From: Phycisphaerales bacterium
Lineage (GTDB): Bacteria; Planctomycetota; Phycisphaerae; Phycisphaerales; SM1A02
Length of the DNA: 64,000 nucleotides
Reading direction: 5' to 3'
Assembly: GCA_046350355.1 (NCBI GenBank)
Contig: JAXMAN010000002.1
Span: 70,042-134,041 of the forward strand
This document shows positions 61,987 through 64,000 of this stretch, piece after piece (position 1 is the stretch's first letter; every line of letters begins with the position of its first letter). The notes under the pieces were generated by a model. The model saw nothing but the letters and a program-made list of their open reading frames with translations, did no database searches and had not been told where the DNA came from. The position numbers and the translations under genes are program-made.

Positions 61987-63038
61987 CGCCGTCGATGACC
62001 TTCTGCGGATTCATGACTTCGTAGCCGGTTCGGTGGTCCTTCACGCGGTTGTCGTAGAAGACATAGGAGCGGATCTGGGTGCCCCAGCCGCGGTCGACCT
62101 GCCCGCCCGTGGCGGCGTCGAGCTCGGCCTGGCGCCGCTCCTCCTCGAGCGCCTCCAGCTTCGAACGAAGGACGCTGAAGGCCTGCTTCTTGTTCTGGAG
62201 CTGGTCGCGGTAGGTGCTGGCGACCACCTGGATGCCGGTGGGGATGTGCGTGATGCGGATCGCGCTGGCGACCTTGTTCACGTTCTGGCCGCCGGGGCCG
62301 CTGGCGCGCACGAAGGCGACGACCTCGATGTCCTTCTCGGGGATCTCCAGGTCCGTCTCCTCGAACTCGGGCGTGACATCCACGGTCGCGAAACTGGTCT
62401 GGCGCTTGGCTTCCGCGTTGTACGGGCTGACGCGGGCCAGGCGGTGCGTGCCGCGCTCGCAGCTCATGTAGCCGTAGACGAAGGGGCCGCTGAGCCGGTA
62501 CGCGACCTCGGAGATGCCCACCTCGCTGCCGGGCAGCCGGTGCATCTCCTCGACCTTGAAGCCCATCTTGCTCCACCAGCGCAGGTACATGCGCTCGAGC
62601 ATCTCGGCCCAGTCGTTGGCCTCGGTGCCGCCCACGCCTGCCTGGATGGTGACGAAGCAGTTGCGGTGGTCGTGCTTGTTGGAGAGCAGGCTCTGCGACT
62701 CGACGGCGGCCATCTTGTCCACGAGCCCGTGGAGGTTCTCGTCGACCTCGGCGAGCAGATCCTGGTCGCCGGACTCGCGGGCCAGCTCATAGCCGACCTG
62801 CGCGTCCTCGAAGCCCTTCATCACCTCCTCGAGGGGCTCGATCTGCGCGCGGACCACCTTCAGCTCGTCGATGGTGCGCTGCGCCGCCTTCTGGTCGCCC
62901 CAGAAGTCGGGGGCCTCCATCTTGGCCGTGAGACGCTCGCGCTCCTTGACCTTTGCTGGGTAGTTAAAGAGAGTCGCGGATGGTTGTGATCCGCGCCTCA
63001 AGGTCGTCCAGCACGGGCTGGTGTGCGTCGTAGTGCAT
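61913..63038 (-). CDS. prfB: Peptide chain release factor 2 with programmed +1 ribosomal frameshift
   Basis: Frame 0 reads ATG(63038)...MHYDAHQPVLDDLEARITTIRDSL and ends at CTT-TAA-C (62969-62963). The +1 frame continues NYPAKVKERERLTAKMEAPDFWGDQ... It carries GGQ (SGPGGQNVNK) and an SPY tripeptide at the RF2 SPF position. It matches ORF 61913..63001 in the +1 frame. Confidence 0.9.
62963..62969 (-). promoter_or_regulatory. prfB +1 frameshift site CUU UAA C
   Basis: Minus-strand CTTTAAC (plus-strand gttaaag). The in-frame stop is TAA rather than the common TGA. No obvious SD-like GGAGG lies immediately upstream; the upstream sequence is GCGACTCT. Confidence 0.8.
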
Positions 63039-63107
63039 CCGCCGAGTGTACGGGCGCCGGGCGCGCCGCCGCGTCCGACGCGCCAACTTGCGCGCGCGAA
63101 ACTAGAC

Positions 63108-64000
63108 TTCCCGGTCCATGAAGGTCGCCAGCCGCGTCGCCCGCATGAAGGAAAGCGCCACCCTCGCCGTCGCCGCGCGGGCGCTGGCGCTGCAGAAGCA
63201 GGGGGTCGATGTGGTGGCCTTCGGCACCGGCGAGCCCGACTTCGACACCCCGCGCGAGATCAAGGCCGCCGCCGAGCGCGCGCTCGAGGCGGGGATGACC
63301 AAGTATGTGGCGACCCCCGGCACGCCCGACGCGCGCGCCGCCATCGCGCGCAAGCTCCGCGAGGAGAACGGCGTCGACTGCGCGCCCGAGCACATCTCGA
63401 TCACCGCCGGCGCGAAGCACGCGATCTACCTGGTGATGCAGACGCTGCTGGATCCGGGCGACGAGGTGATCGTCCCCACCCCCGCGTGGGTGAGCTACCG
63501 CCCGCTGGTGGAGCTCGCCGGCGGATCCGTGGTCGAGGTCCCCGGCAGCGTGGAGAGCGGCTTCAAGGTCACGCCGCAGCAGATCGCCGCCGCGGTCACG
63601 CCGCGCACGCGCGCGATCATCCTGAACTCGCCCTCGAATCCCTGCGGCATCGCGTATTCCGAGCAGGAGCTGCGCGCGATCGTCGCCGCCCTCGCGCCCC
63701 ATCCGCAGGTCACGATCGTCAGCGACGAGATCTACGAGAAGCTGGTCTATCCCGAGATGGCGCCGGGCCTGAAGGCCTGGAGCCCCGGCAGCGATCCCGC
63801 GGTCGCGCAGCGCACCATCACCGTCAACGGCATGAGCAAGGCCTTCGCGATGACCGGCTGGCGCGTGGGCTATGTCTGCGCTCCCGGCGGCGGCGGCGCG
63901 TTCGCGCGCGAGCTCATCAAGCTCCAGGGCCAGATGACCAACAACATCCCGGCCTTCTTCATGCCCGCGATCGTCGAGGCGCTCAGCGAGCGCGTCGCGC
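63108..64000 (+). CDS. Pyridoxal-phosphate-dependent aminotransferase class I (aspartate/aromatic), 3' end beyond window
   Basis: MKVASRVARMKESATLAVAARALALQKQGVDVVAFGTGEPDF... Motifs are SNPCG and the PLP-lysine motif NGMSKAFAMTGWRVGY. It is not in the ORF track because there is no stop within the window. Confidence 0.85.

Noticed and set aside
61758-62576. 272-aa minus-strand ORF inside prfB
   Set aside because: An alternate frame of the well-supported RF2 gene.
1-64000. CRISPR arrays, IS elements, integrase and transposase genes
   Set aside because: No spaced direct-repeat array and no recognisable transposase or integrase ORF was found. The only mobile-element evidence is the tRNA-Gly att-like duplication and the small palindromic repeats.

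Overview
This is a high-GC (about 70%) bacterial chromosomal segment. Its gene content resembles Planctomycetota/Verrucomicrobiota: ECF sigma factors paired with Ser/Thr kinases, PEP-CTERM proteins, many secreted proteins with dockerin-like DGDGxVDGxDLGxLLGxWG repeats, a complete MoxR/DUF58/BatA-D aerotolerance operon, a tricorn-type protease, and prfB with its programmed frameshift. About 55 protein genes, one tRNA-Gly(GCC) and several hairpin terminators are supported. No CRISPR array, transposase or integrase gene is visible. Many of the long ORFs in the six-frame track (Arg/Ala/Gly-rich, antisense to real genes) are artifacts of the GC content and are not called. Four observations stand out. 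(1) A 34-nt perfect palindrome with AT-rich arms (GGAAAATATGCCGGGCATGCCCGGCATATTTTCC) occurs four times. It has no stop codon in any of the six frames, and one copy sits in-frame inside the BatD-like ORF. (2) tRNA-Gly is followed 1.1 kb downstream by a 46-nt direct copy of its own 3' half. The pair looks like attL/attR and encloses a ParB-like nuclease fragment plus the first of three tandem paralogs. (3) There is a six-member family of small 2-TM membrane proteins with a cytoplasmic C4 zinc ribbon, interleaved with secreted proteins across 35-50 kb. (4) prfB uses CUU-UAA-C rather than the canonical CUU-UGA-C shift site. All coordinates were derived from ORF-track arithmetic and motif reading and could be off by a few nucleotides at start codons.
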